Below, in pieces: positions 27,801-40,170 of a DNA stretch of 64,000 nt (its first letter is position 1; each line of letters starts with the position of its first letter). A program made the translations under genes and the position numbers. Source of the DNA: Chiloscyllium plagiosum (lineage: Eukaryota); the NCBI RefSeq assembly GCF_004010195.1, contig NC_057751.1, positions 12,257,508 to 12,321,507 of the forward strand, written 5' to 3'. Below the pieces are notes generated by a model. It worked only from the letters and a program-made list of their open reading frames with translations, was not told the origin of the DNA and did no database searches.

Positions 27801-30800
27801 AAACACTAATTCATCTGGTGATCAACTCTATCCAAATGCAACATTCTTCTTCGTAGATGGATTGTAGATCACAGATCTACACACATCTCAACCTTACCAA
27901 AGTGGCATGATATCACAATGGGGCAAGGGCAAGGGACCAGACAAAGATCTACCTCAGGTACGACAGGGACTGAATCCACATCTGCAATATTAAGTCACAC
28001 ACTTAAACCATCTGAGACAGCTGACCCATTCTCCTCAAATGTCCATCTCTAAACACTTCCCATGCATTATTGAGCTGCTGATGTGCAACTGCAGAATATA
28101 TCCCTCATCTTGTTCATCAATGGGAATTTAATATTTGTCCCCTTTTTGCGCCACTACCATATCTGAGGATAATTGGAAGACTGTTCCGTGGTGTCTGAAA
28201 ATTCAACTCTTACTTTTCTTAGTACCCTAAATTCATTCCAGTTGGAGCAGGCGAATTTGTTAGCTTCAGTACTGCCAACGTTTCAAGTCCCTCATCAACA
28301 TCAAGACGTAATGCTAATATCACCAATGCTTTCTTTCTTACGGCTATATATTTTCCCCAGTCAACAATATTATATCCTGTCTTTTTATAAGAAAATAACT
28401 TCCTTGGTCCTTAAATCAGCCTTTTTCTCGATTTCACTGCTATTTCTACAGTTATCAGACTTTTGGGTCCCTCTTTATTTTTGCTGCTAATCTGTTCTTA
28501 GACATATTTCCTTTTCCCTTTAATAGATCTCCCGTCAAAGTCCAGCATGTATCTGAGGCTGAGGACAACACAAGACAAAACTTTTACTTAAGAATAACAG
28601 TTATTAACTACATGGTACAATTTTGCCTAAAATTTGAGCAACTCAACTGTCATGCTTTTTTACTTTTCTCAGTCACATTTTTCTTCTTCCCTTCCACCAC
28701 CATTGTTCCTCAGTGGGCTCTTTCATGATGAGACTCTCTTCCATACTCCTATTCTGTCAACCACTGGCAAATGGGGCAGTGCATTTTTTAATCATTTACT
28801 GTGGCTGTAATTGAAGCCGTTGGGATTCTATTTGCTGTGGATTACAAATGAAAGATTCAGGCCAATTTGTACTGCAGCACAATGTTTGAACCTGGTTCCA
28901 TTCATGGCTTGAAATAGATCAAGTCCTCTTTTGCCTTCAGTGCACAAAGAAGTAGGAAAAGTAACAGGCTTCTGGACTGAGACAGTGACTTGTACATTTT
29001 GCTCAACAGCCTGTTTACATATCCCTGGAACAGGTGGGACTTGAACTCACACCGTTTGGCTTAGAGGTAGAAACACTACCACTGTGCCACAAGAGCACTC
29101 ACTAGACACTGCCTTGTATACTGTTACTAACAGGTTTCTCATGCCCACTGAGCTTTTGGCACAAGATACCATAATTATAACAGCCAGCTGACCTCAAGAC
29201 AGAAGACTGCCCCAATGACTCCTCAAATTTCAGAAAATAATTACTGCCACATTATTTATTTTCTTTCAATTCTAATTTTAAAATACCACAGTAAATTTAT
29301 GATGGTAGGTGCGCTACACAGTCATAATTCGAACAAGTATCAAACTGAAACTAGAATTTATGAACATACACAGACACTCACTGCCTGCTGATAATTATAT
29401 GCTGAACAGTCCTTTTTCCTTTTAAATAATGTTTGTTTTTAACTGTCTTCACCGTTGTGTGACAGGCATGTTGAGTACACTATGATGTGATGTGATGTGA
29501 TGTTTAGGATTGTGAGAAAACACATCAAATTTTGCAACATAAAATTGTGGACGTGAAGCTCTTTCAGTGTTCGCTAAACAAAATATGGAACAAAAGATTT
29601 TTGTCCATCAGTCCACAAAATAGGTAGTTTGCTAAATAATTATGTGGTATATAATCTCACCGTTGATACAGCTTCTATGGGTCCCATCAAGTCTGCCAAG
29701 AGTCACAAAATTGTTCACTGTCCAATGAAATCAATGTAAGTACAATAACATTCACGGAATAGTTTTGTGAGATCTTCGCGACAACACACACAATAAAGAC
29801 AGTCTCTATAAAAATTGCAAATTCACTTTGTCGCAGTTTTGAGTGATGTGACAACTCCTGGGCTTTGTCGGCAGATGAACGAGCTGCTTGCAGCCAGCTT
29901 TCTGAGACCAGTTCCTTTGCACTGATTTAGCTGTGTGATTCGGGCAGTTGCAAAACGCCCCTTGGCAGCTGAGACCAGAAATGAAGAGGATAATTACTGA
30001 GATCCAAAGCACAGAGTCAAAAATAGACAAAGTCTTTGAAAAGATCCAGAAAGAGCCTTTGCCAGAAAGTAACTACCAAGGGACTTGGAAGTGATGGGCA
30101 AAAATGAAATTTCTGCTTTTGCAGAGCCGGCACTAGACATCGTTGTTTCCATTGCCTCTTCATAACACCATTCCGCCAGTTACTATTAAAGCACCGTGCT
30201 GCCAAAATTGGATCCTTCAGAAGTGCCATAAAATATTGTGGTGCTTCATCTATTCGATTCCAAACATGTTTAAGCTCCCATTCGTCCAGCTGCCAAGAGG
30301 AGCCTTTGCACATGTCATTTTGAGACCAAAGTGAGGTCTGGTTTCCTCTGTTCACCAATCTGATGGTGGAAATTCTGGTGGGATGGAATGAATCACTTCC
30401 TGTGCAGTTGAACCTGCTGCCTACAGACTCATTCAAACACATCAAATTGGGTGAGCCCTCCTGGAATAATGCCAGTCAAAGTCCTGACAACACCACCAAA
30501 TTTGGCAGAACAAATTGTGAATCCAAGTCCAAGCAGAAAAGAGCAAGGGATCGACAAAAAGTGTATGACTGAGTTATGCAAAATCAATTGACTTGCAAGT
30601 ACCCTTGAAAATTGATTCTAATTGCATTGAAATGTATGCAAACCATGTACATTTAACAAGGAACTTCTGTTTTTAGAGTGGTTTAAAAATGGGGATGTTT
30701 ATTAAGATCCCAGACTTCTAAGTAGTCAGGTATCAAGGAACCTCAGACATGCAGCTCATGCCTGTTTTGTGCTGACTAAGGGAGAAGAGACAGCTGCTTA

Positions 30801-30898
30801 TTTTTGGATGGCTTCATCAACAGAACTCATGGGTCAGTAACCTAACAGAATAACTGAATTAGGCAGTTCTGAAAAAGGCCGATCAGACTTAACTTATC

Positions 30899-31070
30899 AT
30901 TGTGGTGCTTCATCTATTCGATTCTAAACATGTTTAAGCTCCCATTCGTCCAGCTGCCAAGAGGAGCCTTTGCACATGTCATTTTGAGACCAAAGTGAGG
31001 TCTGGTTACCTCTGTTCACCAATCTGATGGTGGAAATTCTGGTGGGATGGAATGAATCACTTCCTGTGCA
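30899..31070 (+). repeat. 172-bp direct duplicate of 30235-30406
   Basis: Direct alignment shows two mismatches (ATTCCAAAC/ATTCTAAAC and GTTTCCTC/GTTACCTC). Confidence 0.97.
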
Positions 31071-31483
31071 TGATATACTTCTAACTCTAGTAATGCTGCC
31101 AGAGCTGCTGAGTTTCTCCAGCACTTTGTTTTCATTTCAGATCTTCAGCGTCTTTGCTTTTACGTTGCTTTTATTTAAGAATTGTCTAAAATGTGCATTT
31201 CCAGTTGGAAACAGTGAGTGAATGAGGGAGCTCAGCTTCCCTGACTAATGCTGCATTGACGAGCTTGTGACCAAATTTTTACAATGTTGCCAGCTCTCAA
31301 GACATCATTTTAATTTTGGACAGAAAAAAATGTTATATTCTGGTCTTTAGCAGAAATAGCAAAATCCAAAACAACTTATTATTTTCCATTTTTTCTCAAA
31401 CTTCTTTGCTGAACAGTTTGTTGAAAAAAGGACATGGTATTGAAATGCAATGCATATTTTCAAGTAAACAGCTGAAATCTTAC

Positions 31484-31588
31484 CTCATAATGTGCCACTC
31501 TCTGAGACTCTGAAATCAGTTGAGCACTGCATACCTTACAGTAGGTGTCGGTAAATAAATTCTGGTCAACAGTTCCAGCAGACTTCAT
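31484..31588 (-). CDS. ZMAT4: Zinc finger matrin-type protein 4, first coding exon ([35 protein letters not shown])
   Basis: Manual translation of 105 nt (35 codons). Closely matches the recalled vertebrate ZMAT4 N-terminus ([34 protein letters not shown]). Acceptor ttgttcaattAG lies directly before the ATG; donor is GAG|GTAAGA, phase 0. Too short for the ORF track. Confidence 0.95.
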
Positions 31589-31932
31589 CTAATTGAACAA
31601 AATAAATGAGGCAAACTGCATTAGCCATAGGCAAATTTAAAAGATCAAAGGAAGTTGTAATAGCTCAATTGTAATTCACATTATCATTGGTTCGATAATG
31701 TTAAGTGTTTCTGCAACCTCGCCTTGATTTTTCTATTAACCAATGTTGCAAACATGCTACATATCTTTCCTTCTCCTTTCTCCCACTGTTAAAATCAAGG
31801 CCTCCTATAATATTTCTGATTGTATGAAAATAATTTTTGACTCTAAATAAAAAGTGAAAGACGGGCAATTTGGGATCAGTCAACTCATCCATCACTTTTG
31901 ATTTTCATTTGAAATTAAAACTGGGAAAAACT

Positions 31933-32500
31933 GGGCATTGGTTAGGCCACTTTTGAAATACTGCATTCAATTCTGGTTGGCTTGCTATTGGAAGGATGTT
32001 GTTAAATTTGAAAGAGTTTAGAACACATTTACAAGGATGCATCCAGGGTTGGAGGGTTTGAGCTATAGGGAGAGGCTGAACAGACTGGGGCTATTTTCTC
32101 TGGCGTGTCAGGGGCTGAGGGGTGACCTTATCGAGGTTTATAAAATCATAAGGGGTACGGGTAGGGTGAACAGTCAAGATCTTTTCCCCGGGGAAGGGTA
32201 GCCCAAAACTAGTGAGCATAGTTTTAAGTTGAGAAGGGAAATATTTAAAAGGGACCTAAGGGATATCCTTTTCATGCAGAGGCTAGCACATATATGGAAT
32301 GAACTGCCAGAGGAGGTGGAGGAGGCTGGTACAATTACAACATTTAAAATACATCTGGATGGATACATACTTGCAAGGGTTTGGAGAGATAGGGGCCAAA
32401 TGCTGGCAAATGGGACTAGATTAATTTATTTGATATCTGGTTGGCATTGTTGAGTTGAACCGAAGGGTGTGTTCCGATGCTGTACATCTCTATATGACTC
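31933..32500 (+). mobile_element. CR1 LINE 3' fragment
   Basis: FKRDLRDILFMQRLAHIWNELPEEVEEAGTITTFKIHLDGY plus 3' UTR. Confidence 0.92.
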
Positions 32501-34409
32501 CCTATGTATAATGGATAGCTGATCTGATATTGTCCAAATGCAATTACCTACCAAATCATTAGTTCCAAACTGTGCGACACCGTTGGTACTTCAGCTTTGT
32601 TTCCCTCTCACATTTTTAAAACAATTGCTCCCTGATTATTTTTGGCTTTTCTTCTCTTCCCTCTCAATGCTAATGGTGTCATGTATTATAAATCTCACAC
32701 AGCAGCACCACCACCAACACTCTCCACCACACCACCCAGGTTTATTTTTACATTTTATTATACCAATGTGTTGATAAGTAATCTTTATTTATACGTTAAC
32801 TCTGACAATCATAGCTCAAAGGGAGAACTCAAATCTGACCTAAGAGTGAGAGATACAGAAGTCGAGCACACACCTCCTCAAACCTTCATCACTACTCAGT
32901 AACATCATGGGTGAATTTCTACCTTCACTTCACTTTCCTGCCTGCTTACCATATCCTATGATTGCCTCGGAGACTTGAGTACATTAGCTAATTTGACATG
33001 CTGTGGAACCATCTTCTAAATGAGATATTGGAGGTTAAAGCCCCTGTGGCCCTGAACTTCAGAAAAACAAGTTTGTTGGCCATTATCACATCGGTGTTTC
33101 TCTTCATTCTCTTTGGAAACCTTAAAGAAGCAATGTGTTCTTTTCTGAGCTCTTTAGTTTCACATTTCTTCTTTATTTGTTCATGGAATGAAGGTGTTGC
33201 TGGCTAGGCCAGCAATTATTGCCCATCCCTAATTGCCCAGAGGGCATTTAAGAGTCAACCACTTTGCCTTGGATATCTGAACATGGACGTGTGTGCCAGA
33301 TGAGGTAAGGGCCCTCAACATAGCTTAAAAAGATTGATGTCCCTTTTTTTTTCTGTGCTCATTTAAAGGAATTCCAACTGTTACTGGTCTCCCTTTTAAT
33401 TTGCATTATTTGTTCCCTATTCATGTCCCATTTGAAAGCTTTGCATACCTCGAAGCTGGCTAAAGAAGTCAAATATCATAACGATCATGAAATCAAGGAT
33501 GGTGGTAGAGTCTTGGAGAGCTGGTCGCCAGTAGCATTGAAGATAGTCAAATGTCTACACATCATGTCGCTAAGGGCTTCATGTAGACAAGTTAAATTGA
33601 GTACACATTCAAAAATAGCACGACTCATAATACAGGGATCTGAAGAAACTAATGAGCTGTGAGATCAACTTAAAATACTGAGAGACTTGCCAAAAACCAT
33701 GGAGACTTAAAATGAACTGAGGAGCATGCCATTGAAATTTCATTTCCAGGTCAGTGCAATTTGTCAAGTTGCATTTTCCATTTTCTCTTCATTTCAGTTG
33801 TTCCGACATGGGTATTCATTTAATTTCATTTGTTATAAAAAAAGGTAATTTTCTTTTTTAATACTAACTTTGCCACTATAAATGAAGAGCTGTGCCACTT
33901 ATTTTAAACATTTTTAAAATGACGCTGCAATTGAAACGATATCATCTGAATCCAAAGCCAAAAGAATGCATATTCCACGTAATGCATCTGCTGTACTTTC
34001 CTTTCATCATACTACTGGACTAAACAATTAAGAATCAAGACTTTCTCTTTCATACATTTCCTCTTCAATCAGCATTTTTCTGGCTTAAGCTGTGATATGT
34101 TTTGACAGGCACTGTTTGCCATCTGCTGCCTATCTCTAAAAGGATGTGTGAATCCAGATATTTGATGTTGCAAGGTTTATAACAATGGCAGAATTTAGTG
34201 TCCAATTCATTGACTTCCCTCAAGGGCAACAGGTTACTGATCAGGAGCTCACATTTTCTGACATAGAAACAGTGTAGCATTCTATCCTGACTGTGATGAG
34301 ATAGCTCAGCTAGTTTAACCTGAAGCCTCCTGTCTACATTGCTTGTATTTGTTTTGTTGTGCAATCTGTCCCTTAGTTGACTGTACCCTCACCTTGGTGC
34401 CACACGGAT

Positions 34410-34520
34410 TGGGTTCAGATCCTATTCCAGGCTTGAACAGCAAAATCCCTGCAGTACCGAGGGAGTGCTACACAGTGGTTGGATTGTCCTTCTGACAAGC
34501 CATTAAACTGATGTCTCATC
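34410..34520 (+). mobile_element. SacSINE1-like (Deu-domain) SINE, 5' part, interrupted by the Gypsy element
   Basis: CTGCAGTACCGAGGGAGTGCT...TTAAACTGATGTCTCATC resembles the recalled DeuSINE core; it continues after 38212. Confidence 0.65.
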
Positions 34521-34756
34521 TGAAATAACTCCACAGAGGCTGGCATTGCATCACCAAGTCACCCTTCATTTACACATGCAAAGTCCTTGCCACTGATACA
34601 GCTCTGTCAGAGCCAGCTCTCAGAGCGAACAGGATGTCTGACACTCCTGTTCTTATCTGACAGCCAGGGTTCTCTGAATAGACCAGATTAACAGCCCTCA
34701 TCATGGAACTCAGATTCTACTAGGTCTGCCTGATTTACCTCATTATAATCACTACA
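34521..34756 (-). repeat. 3' LTR of the Gypsy element
   Basis: TGAAATAACTCCACAGAGGC...ATAATCACTACA on +, adjacent to the polypurine tract. Confidence 0.9.
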
Positions 34757-35258
34757 TCCGTCATCCTCTGAGTCCAAGGACAGAGGCCAGTTCTTTTTCT
34801 TATAGCTCCCCTGGGGGCATTTTAGCACCAAGTCAGGTTCATCCAACTCTGCCTCAGAAACAGGTGGCGTGTAAGTACTGCACCTCTTGTACCTGGAGCA
34901 TCATGGAAGAAATGTATTCCCTTCTTCAGCCAGCAAATACGTCGAGGTGGTGACATTTGCCGCATCCATCTCAGATTCTGAGATATCTTCAACACTTGAC
35001 GGAGAGGGAGAACCCACGGGTTCCGGAACAGTCATAAAACATGTCAAGGGACCGGCCACATCGTTTGCAAGTTTGCAGCTTTCATATGGTCCATGTGCTT
35101 GTTCAGGACCATTGCACCTACCTGAACATTAACTATCACTGGACCCGACTTTGCGTCAACCATGCTTCTTACCCTTGAAGGGCCATGTCTGTGTTTCCTA
35201 TACCAAACTTTAACCCCTGAAGTAAACTACCTCTCTCACTTAGCAGAGTCTTGTATCT

Positions 35259-35516
35259 AGGAGAAAGTGAGGACTGTAGATGCTGGAGATCAGAGCTGAA
35301 AAGTGCTGCTGGAAAAGCGCAGCAGGTCAGGCAGCATCAAAGGAGCAGGAGAACCGACGTTTCGGGCATAAGCCCTTCTTCAGCTTAACCTTGAGCTCAG
35401 TCCACTCTGTTTTTACACTTCCTTCAGAAGTAGGGCTTATGCCCGAAACGTCGATTCTCCTGCTCCTTTGATGCTGCCTGACCTGCTGTGCTTTTCCAGC
35501 AGCACACTTTTCAGCT
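35259..35516. mobile_element. Penelope-like inverted pair (family A) inside the Gypsy integrase
   Basis: Arms 35294-35382 and about 35425-35516 are inverted, with a ~41-bp unrelated spacer. Confidence 0.85.
35356..35383 (-). ncRNA. Minimal hammerhead ribozyme core (Penelope-associated)
   Basis: Minus strand CTGAAGA-A-GGGC-TTAT-GCCC-GAAA-CG-TC; stem I is disrupted by the spacer. Confidence 0.55.
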
Positions 35517-37979
35517 GGTAAATAATAGCCCGTTATCTGAGATCAACACCTCCAGAAGTCCATGTATTGTGAAAAAAGCACACAGCTTTTCTAATGTTGT
35601 CCCATTGTTTGACAAATTAATTCTATGTACACCCAATACCTTTCAGTGGACGTGCACAATGATGAAGAAAGTTGAACCCGTGAAAGGATCTCCATAATCA
35701 ACATATAACCAAGTGCAGGGTTTACCTGACCATTTCCCCAAAGGTGGGATAGTTGCTTGCAGTAATTTTTGCCCTTGTTTGCACTCTGGGCACTGCCCAC
35801 CAATAAAGGTTATGTTGTCATCCAATCCTGGCCACTAGGCATAATGTCTTGCCAACATCTTCATTGTGGAAACCCCTGGATGATCGTAGTGGAGTACAGC
35901 AAGAAGCTGGCAACAACCTTTACTCAGTGCAATCACTCCTGTTCCCCATAATAATATATCATCCTCTGCTGCGATCTGGTCTCTCTGAGTCCAAAAAGGC
36001 TTCAATTCTGATTGCAATGACTCTTTGGCTTCCAAAATCACCACTAATTGTTTCTGTTTTGTCAGGACCTAATCTTTCTACACAACTTGTCAGTTGTGAC
36101 TGGAAACATCACATAGAAAATTTAAAACCATTACGGAGTCTTCCAGTGGTGGTAACATCGGCAGTGTATCTGCCAACTGGATGCAGTTAAATGCATCCGC
36201 AGTTGATGTTTGGCCTCCTCAATGGTGTCCCAATTTGTAATAATACACACTTAGTATTACAGCCTACCGCTGAATATGGCCTGAAGCGATGGGCGGTACT
36301 ACCATGCCCTCTTTAAGTAGACCACGCAGAGGTTTGCAGTCCGTTATTGTTACAAATTTATGCCCATAAAGATATTGGTGGAACTTCCTGACTCGAAATA
36401 TGACTGCCAACCCTTCAGTCTCTATCTGAGTGTATTTACATTTTGCATTAGCCAAAGTCCTGGATGCATACGCTGCTGGGCGTTCCTCTCCATTGGGCCA
36501 CCTACAATCTAATACTATCCCAACGCCCTACGGGGAGGCATCGCATGTCAATAACAGATCTCACATGGGATCAAAAGTGTGCTAACACCTCAGAACTAGC
36601 TGTTTCTGAACTTCCCTGAAAGCTATGGAAACGATTGCATAACCAAACCAAGGCTGATCCTTTAAGAGTTGATGCAAAATTGCCAGAATGAAAGCCAGGT
36701 TATGTGCGAGCTTTCCAAAATAATTCACCAATCCAAGGAAAGACCTAAGCTCTGTTACAGAAGTGGGAGCTGGGCACCTTCGATCGCTCTCACTTTATCT
36801 TTGAAGGGGTGTGACCCGGTCTTGTCGACTCTGTAGCCCAAGTAGATCACTTGGGATGCCTGGAACACATATTTTTCCCTAAGGCATAAACCAGCCTTGG
36901 ACAAATATCTCATGACTATGCCCAAGTTCTCCAAGAACTCCTTATTGGTCTTCCCTGTTATTAGTATGTCATTTAGATAAATGGTAACCTCCATTAGAAC
37001 TGGGTGACCACTTAACCAGACTTTTTTTGACTGGTTCTGATTTGGATTTTGCTCAGTAATTTAACTGTTCCAAACAACATGTAGGTGGACTTTCCAGGGT
37101 GTGCACTCGACTGGATCCCGACTTATGAATTATTTTACTCGATTTAGGTCTAGTGGAACTCTTTTGCTGTCTTGAGTCCACATACTAGCAGCACTACAAT
37201 GGTTTGCTGGTCCAGATCCCAAAGAATATTTTAACTCTTTGACCTAGGCTTGGTTTTGTTTTGAGGTTTTGCTGTGGGCTGTCCTAAATTTCTTCTGTTC
37301 AGGATATGCCCTGAGAAAGGCTATGCTATTGCCTTGACCTTACTAGTGTTACCCAAGCTCAATTGGACAGGCGAGATGGAACACCTTGCAACTCAGATGC
37401 TCCACTTGCCACATTTTCCAATGGTAAAGCCAATTGTGGTGCATGTTTGACATCCAGTTGAGCTTCAGCTAGTAAGCGCTTTTGCACAGTTATATCATTA
37501 ATCATACAAACCAATCAGTCCCTCAGCATCTCATTTACAGTTAAATCAAAGTCACATGCCTCTGTCAGTCATCTTAATTTTCTCAAAAATCCCAATATGG
37601 ATTCCCCTGGTTCTCAAATTGCTGAGTAAAACCGATAGCATCTCAGAGTTCGAGGAGGCTTGGTGTCTTAATATTCCTTAACTAATCCATCAACTCTTGA
37701 AATGTGTTTGTATCTGGTGCCTCAGGGAAAATTAGGCTCCTCATAACCAGCTGCGGGTGCACACGTTGACAGGAGAATTATGTATTGCTTTTCATCTGCC
37801 CCAAAATCATTTGCCTGGAAAATATAATGCATTCTTTCCACATACTGGGCCAGTCTTTAATGGCAGGATCAAACGAGTCAAGCTTCCCAAATAACAGAAT
37901 GATGCCAGAAATGCTTATCCCAACTAAAAGACTGTTGCAAACAAATTTCTTCAAATTTCTCCTTTACGCTCATTGTCAG

Positions 37980-38212
37980 TGAAATAACTCCACAGAGGCC
38001 AGTGTCCTGTCACAAAGTCACCCCTTATTTACACATGAAATGTCTTTTACACTGATCCAGCTTCCCCAGAGCCAATTCTAAGAGTGATCAGGATGTCTGA
38101 TACCCGTATTTGTATGTCAGCCAGGGGTCCCTGATTAGACCAAATTAACAGCCCCAATCAGGGAACTCAGATCTACCTGGTCTACCTGGCTGACCTCATT
38201 ACAATCATTACA
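37980..38212 (-). repeat. 5' LTR of the Gypsy element
   Basis: TGAAATAACTCCACAGAGGC...ACAATCATTACA on +; direct repeat of 34521-34756. Confidence 0.9.
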
Positions 38213-38485
38213 CCACGCACTCTCTGAGCTGAACATAAAACATCTCATGGCATTGTTCCAAATAAGAGCAGTGGACCTATCCATGATGTCCTTGTCAAAC
38301 TTTATCCCTCCATCAACATCCCAAAAACAGATCATCTGGTCATTAACTCATTGTTTTCAGAAGGAGCTTGCTGTGTATGAATCAGTCGCCAGGTTTCATA
38401 CATCACACCACAGACAACATTTCAGAATTACTGTATTGAATGCATTTGGGCTTTGGCACTTTCCTAGGTTATGAAAGGTGCACTG
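38213..38485 (+). mobile_element. SacSINE1-like SINE, 3' part
   Basis: TAAAACATCTCATGGCA...AACAGATCATCTGGTCATT...GAGCTTGCTGTG...TGAAAGGTGC matches the recalled Deu domain and tail. Confidence 0.75.
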
Positions 38486-38764
38486 TGACAGCATTTTGCA
38501 TGGTATGCTGTGAATAGACTTATGTTAATGCTGGATCAATGAGGAAAATTGATATTTTTGAAATGGGAAGCTGAAGTATTAGAAAAAATAGTTCCCAATG
38601 TAGTTGAATTCACAATATTTACAAGAAACCTGTGGAGCTAAAATATTCTTGGCATCAATTTTTTCAGTTTAACTGTCTCCTTACACACTAACTAGGTTTG
38701 CATTATGTCTAAAGCTTTACTGGTTTATATTTTAAGCTTTCTGGAGTAGAACACCTGGATGAAG

Positions 38765-39705
38765 TGAGAGACCTCATGTCGACAGGCCCCTAAAGGTAGC
38801 ATTATAGGTAATAAGGTTGTAAAGAAGGTGTAATGAATGCTTCCCTTCATTGGCACAGGTACAGAATTCAAAAATGATGAAACTGAATAAGGTACTGGTG
38901 AGGCCATAACTGGAGTATTGTGTGCAGTTCTGGTCACCATTTACAGGAAGGCTATAATTGCTCTGGAGAAAGTATAGAGAAAATTTAGGAGAATGTTTCC
39001 TGTGCTGGGGAATTGTTGCTAAAAGGAGAGATTGGAGAGGTTGGGGTTGTTTGCCTTGGAACAGAGAAGGCTGAGGAGGTGACATGATTGAGGTAATTCT
39101 GAGAGGAAGAGGTGCGGTTTCACTATTATATCCCTACATTTGTATTCTGTACCTCTGCCAATGAAGGAGAGCATTCCACATACCTTCTTTACAACCTTAT
39201 TACCTGTACTGCAATCTTTAGGGAACTTCGCATTGCATGCCAAGATCTCTTACTTCATCCATCCCTGTCAGTATATTCCCAGTTATTGTCTCTAAGAAGT
39301 ATGCTATTGAATTGGAAAGGGAGCAAAAAGATTTTCAAGGATGTAAAGAAGACTGGAAGATTTGAGCAAGAGGGAGAGGATAAGCTGGGACTTTATTCCC
39401 TGGAGTGGAGGAGACTGAGGGGTGACCTTATAGAGGCTTATAAAATCATAAGAAGCATAAATCAGGAGAATAGCCAGGTCTTTTTCCTGGAGTAGGGGAG
39501 TCCAAAATTAGAGAGCATAGGTTTAAGGTGAGAGGGATAAGATTTAAAACAGAGCCGAGGGACAATTTGTTCACACAAAGGTGGTACATTTATGGAATAA
39601 GCTGCCCAGATGGAGTGATAGAGGTGGGTACAATTACAACATTTAAAAGAAGTTTGGACAGGTACATGGATAGGAAAGGTTTAGAAGGAATACATGTTAA
39701 ATGCA
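38765..39705. mobile_element. CR1 fragment cluster (+ 38765-39095, - 39115-39290, + 39297-39705)
   Basis: CR1 ORF2 motifs on both strands, e.g. GLYSLEWRRLRGDLIEAYKI (+) and NKVVKKVCGMLSFIGRGTEYK (-). Confidence 0.85.
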
Positions 39706-39712
39706 GGCAGTT

Positions 39713-40073
39713 TTTTTTATTCCTTCATGGGATGAGTGCATTACTGGCTAGGCCATCATTAATTGCCCCCCTCCTCCCATAATTGCCCCTAAGGCAGCTA
39801 AAAGTTAACCACATTGTTGTGGGTTTGGAGTTACATATACACCAAACTGGGTAAGGATAGCAGTTTTCCTCCCTAAACAGACATGAGTGGACTACATGGG
39901 TTTTCCTGACAACCAGCAATGGGTTCATGGTCATCATTAAACTCTTAATTCCAGATTTTTATTGAATTGAAATTCCAGCATTTGTCTTGATGGATTTGAA
40001 CCTGGGTCCCCAGAACATTACCTGGGTCTCTGGATTAACAGTCCAACAATAATACCACTTGCCAAAGCCTCCC
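39713..40073 (-). mobile_element. tRNA-derived SINE inserted in a CR1 3' end
   Basis: tRNA-like head at the right end (GGATTTGAACCTGGGTCCCCAGAACATTA...ATACCACT). Same family as 55640-55967. The CR1 tail resumes at about 40085. Confidence 0.8.
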
Positions 40074-40170
40074 ATTTAAGGGAGAGACTAATGGGACTAG
40101 TTCACTGTAGGAAACCTGGTGAGCATGGACAAGTTGAACCAAAGGGTCTGTTTTCATGTTGTATGCCACT

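Larger units (their letters stand above)
34521..38212 (-). mobile_element. Decayed Ty3/Gypsy LTR retrotransposon (gag, truncated protease/RT, RNase H, integrase)
   Basis: Two similar ~235-bp LTRs with TG...CA ends. PBS-like TGACAATGAG (decayed TGGCGACGAG) follows the 5' LTR and PPT-like AGAGGATGACGGA precedes the 3' LTR. Protein remnants: gag LFGKLDSFDP, RT VTIYLNDILITG, RNase H CDASPYGVG...IETEGLAVIFRVRKFHQYLYG, integrase HPGVSTMKMLARHY...CPEC and LISDNG. Many stops and frameshifts. Confidence 0.93.

Noticed and set aside
29483..29503. (TGATG)n short repeat
   Set aside because: Ordinary four-unit microsatellite.
29806..30445. ORFs of 142 and 74 aa as a coding region or transposase
   Set aside because: No recognisable motif or supported splice structure; they lie within a ZMAT4 intron.
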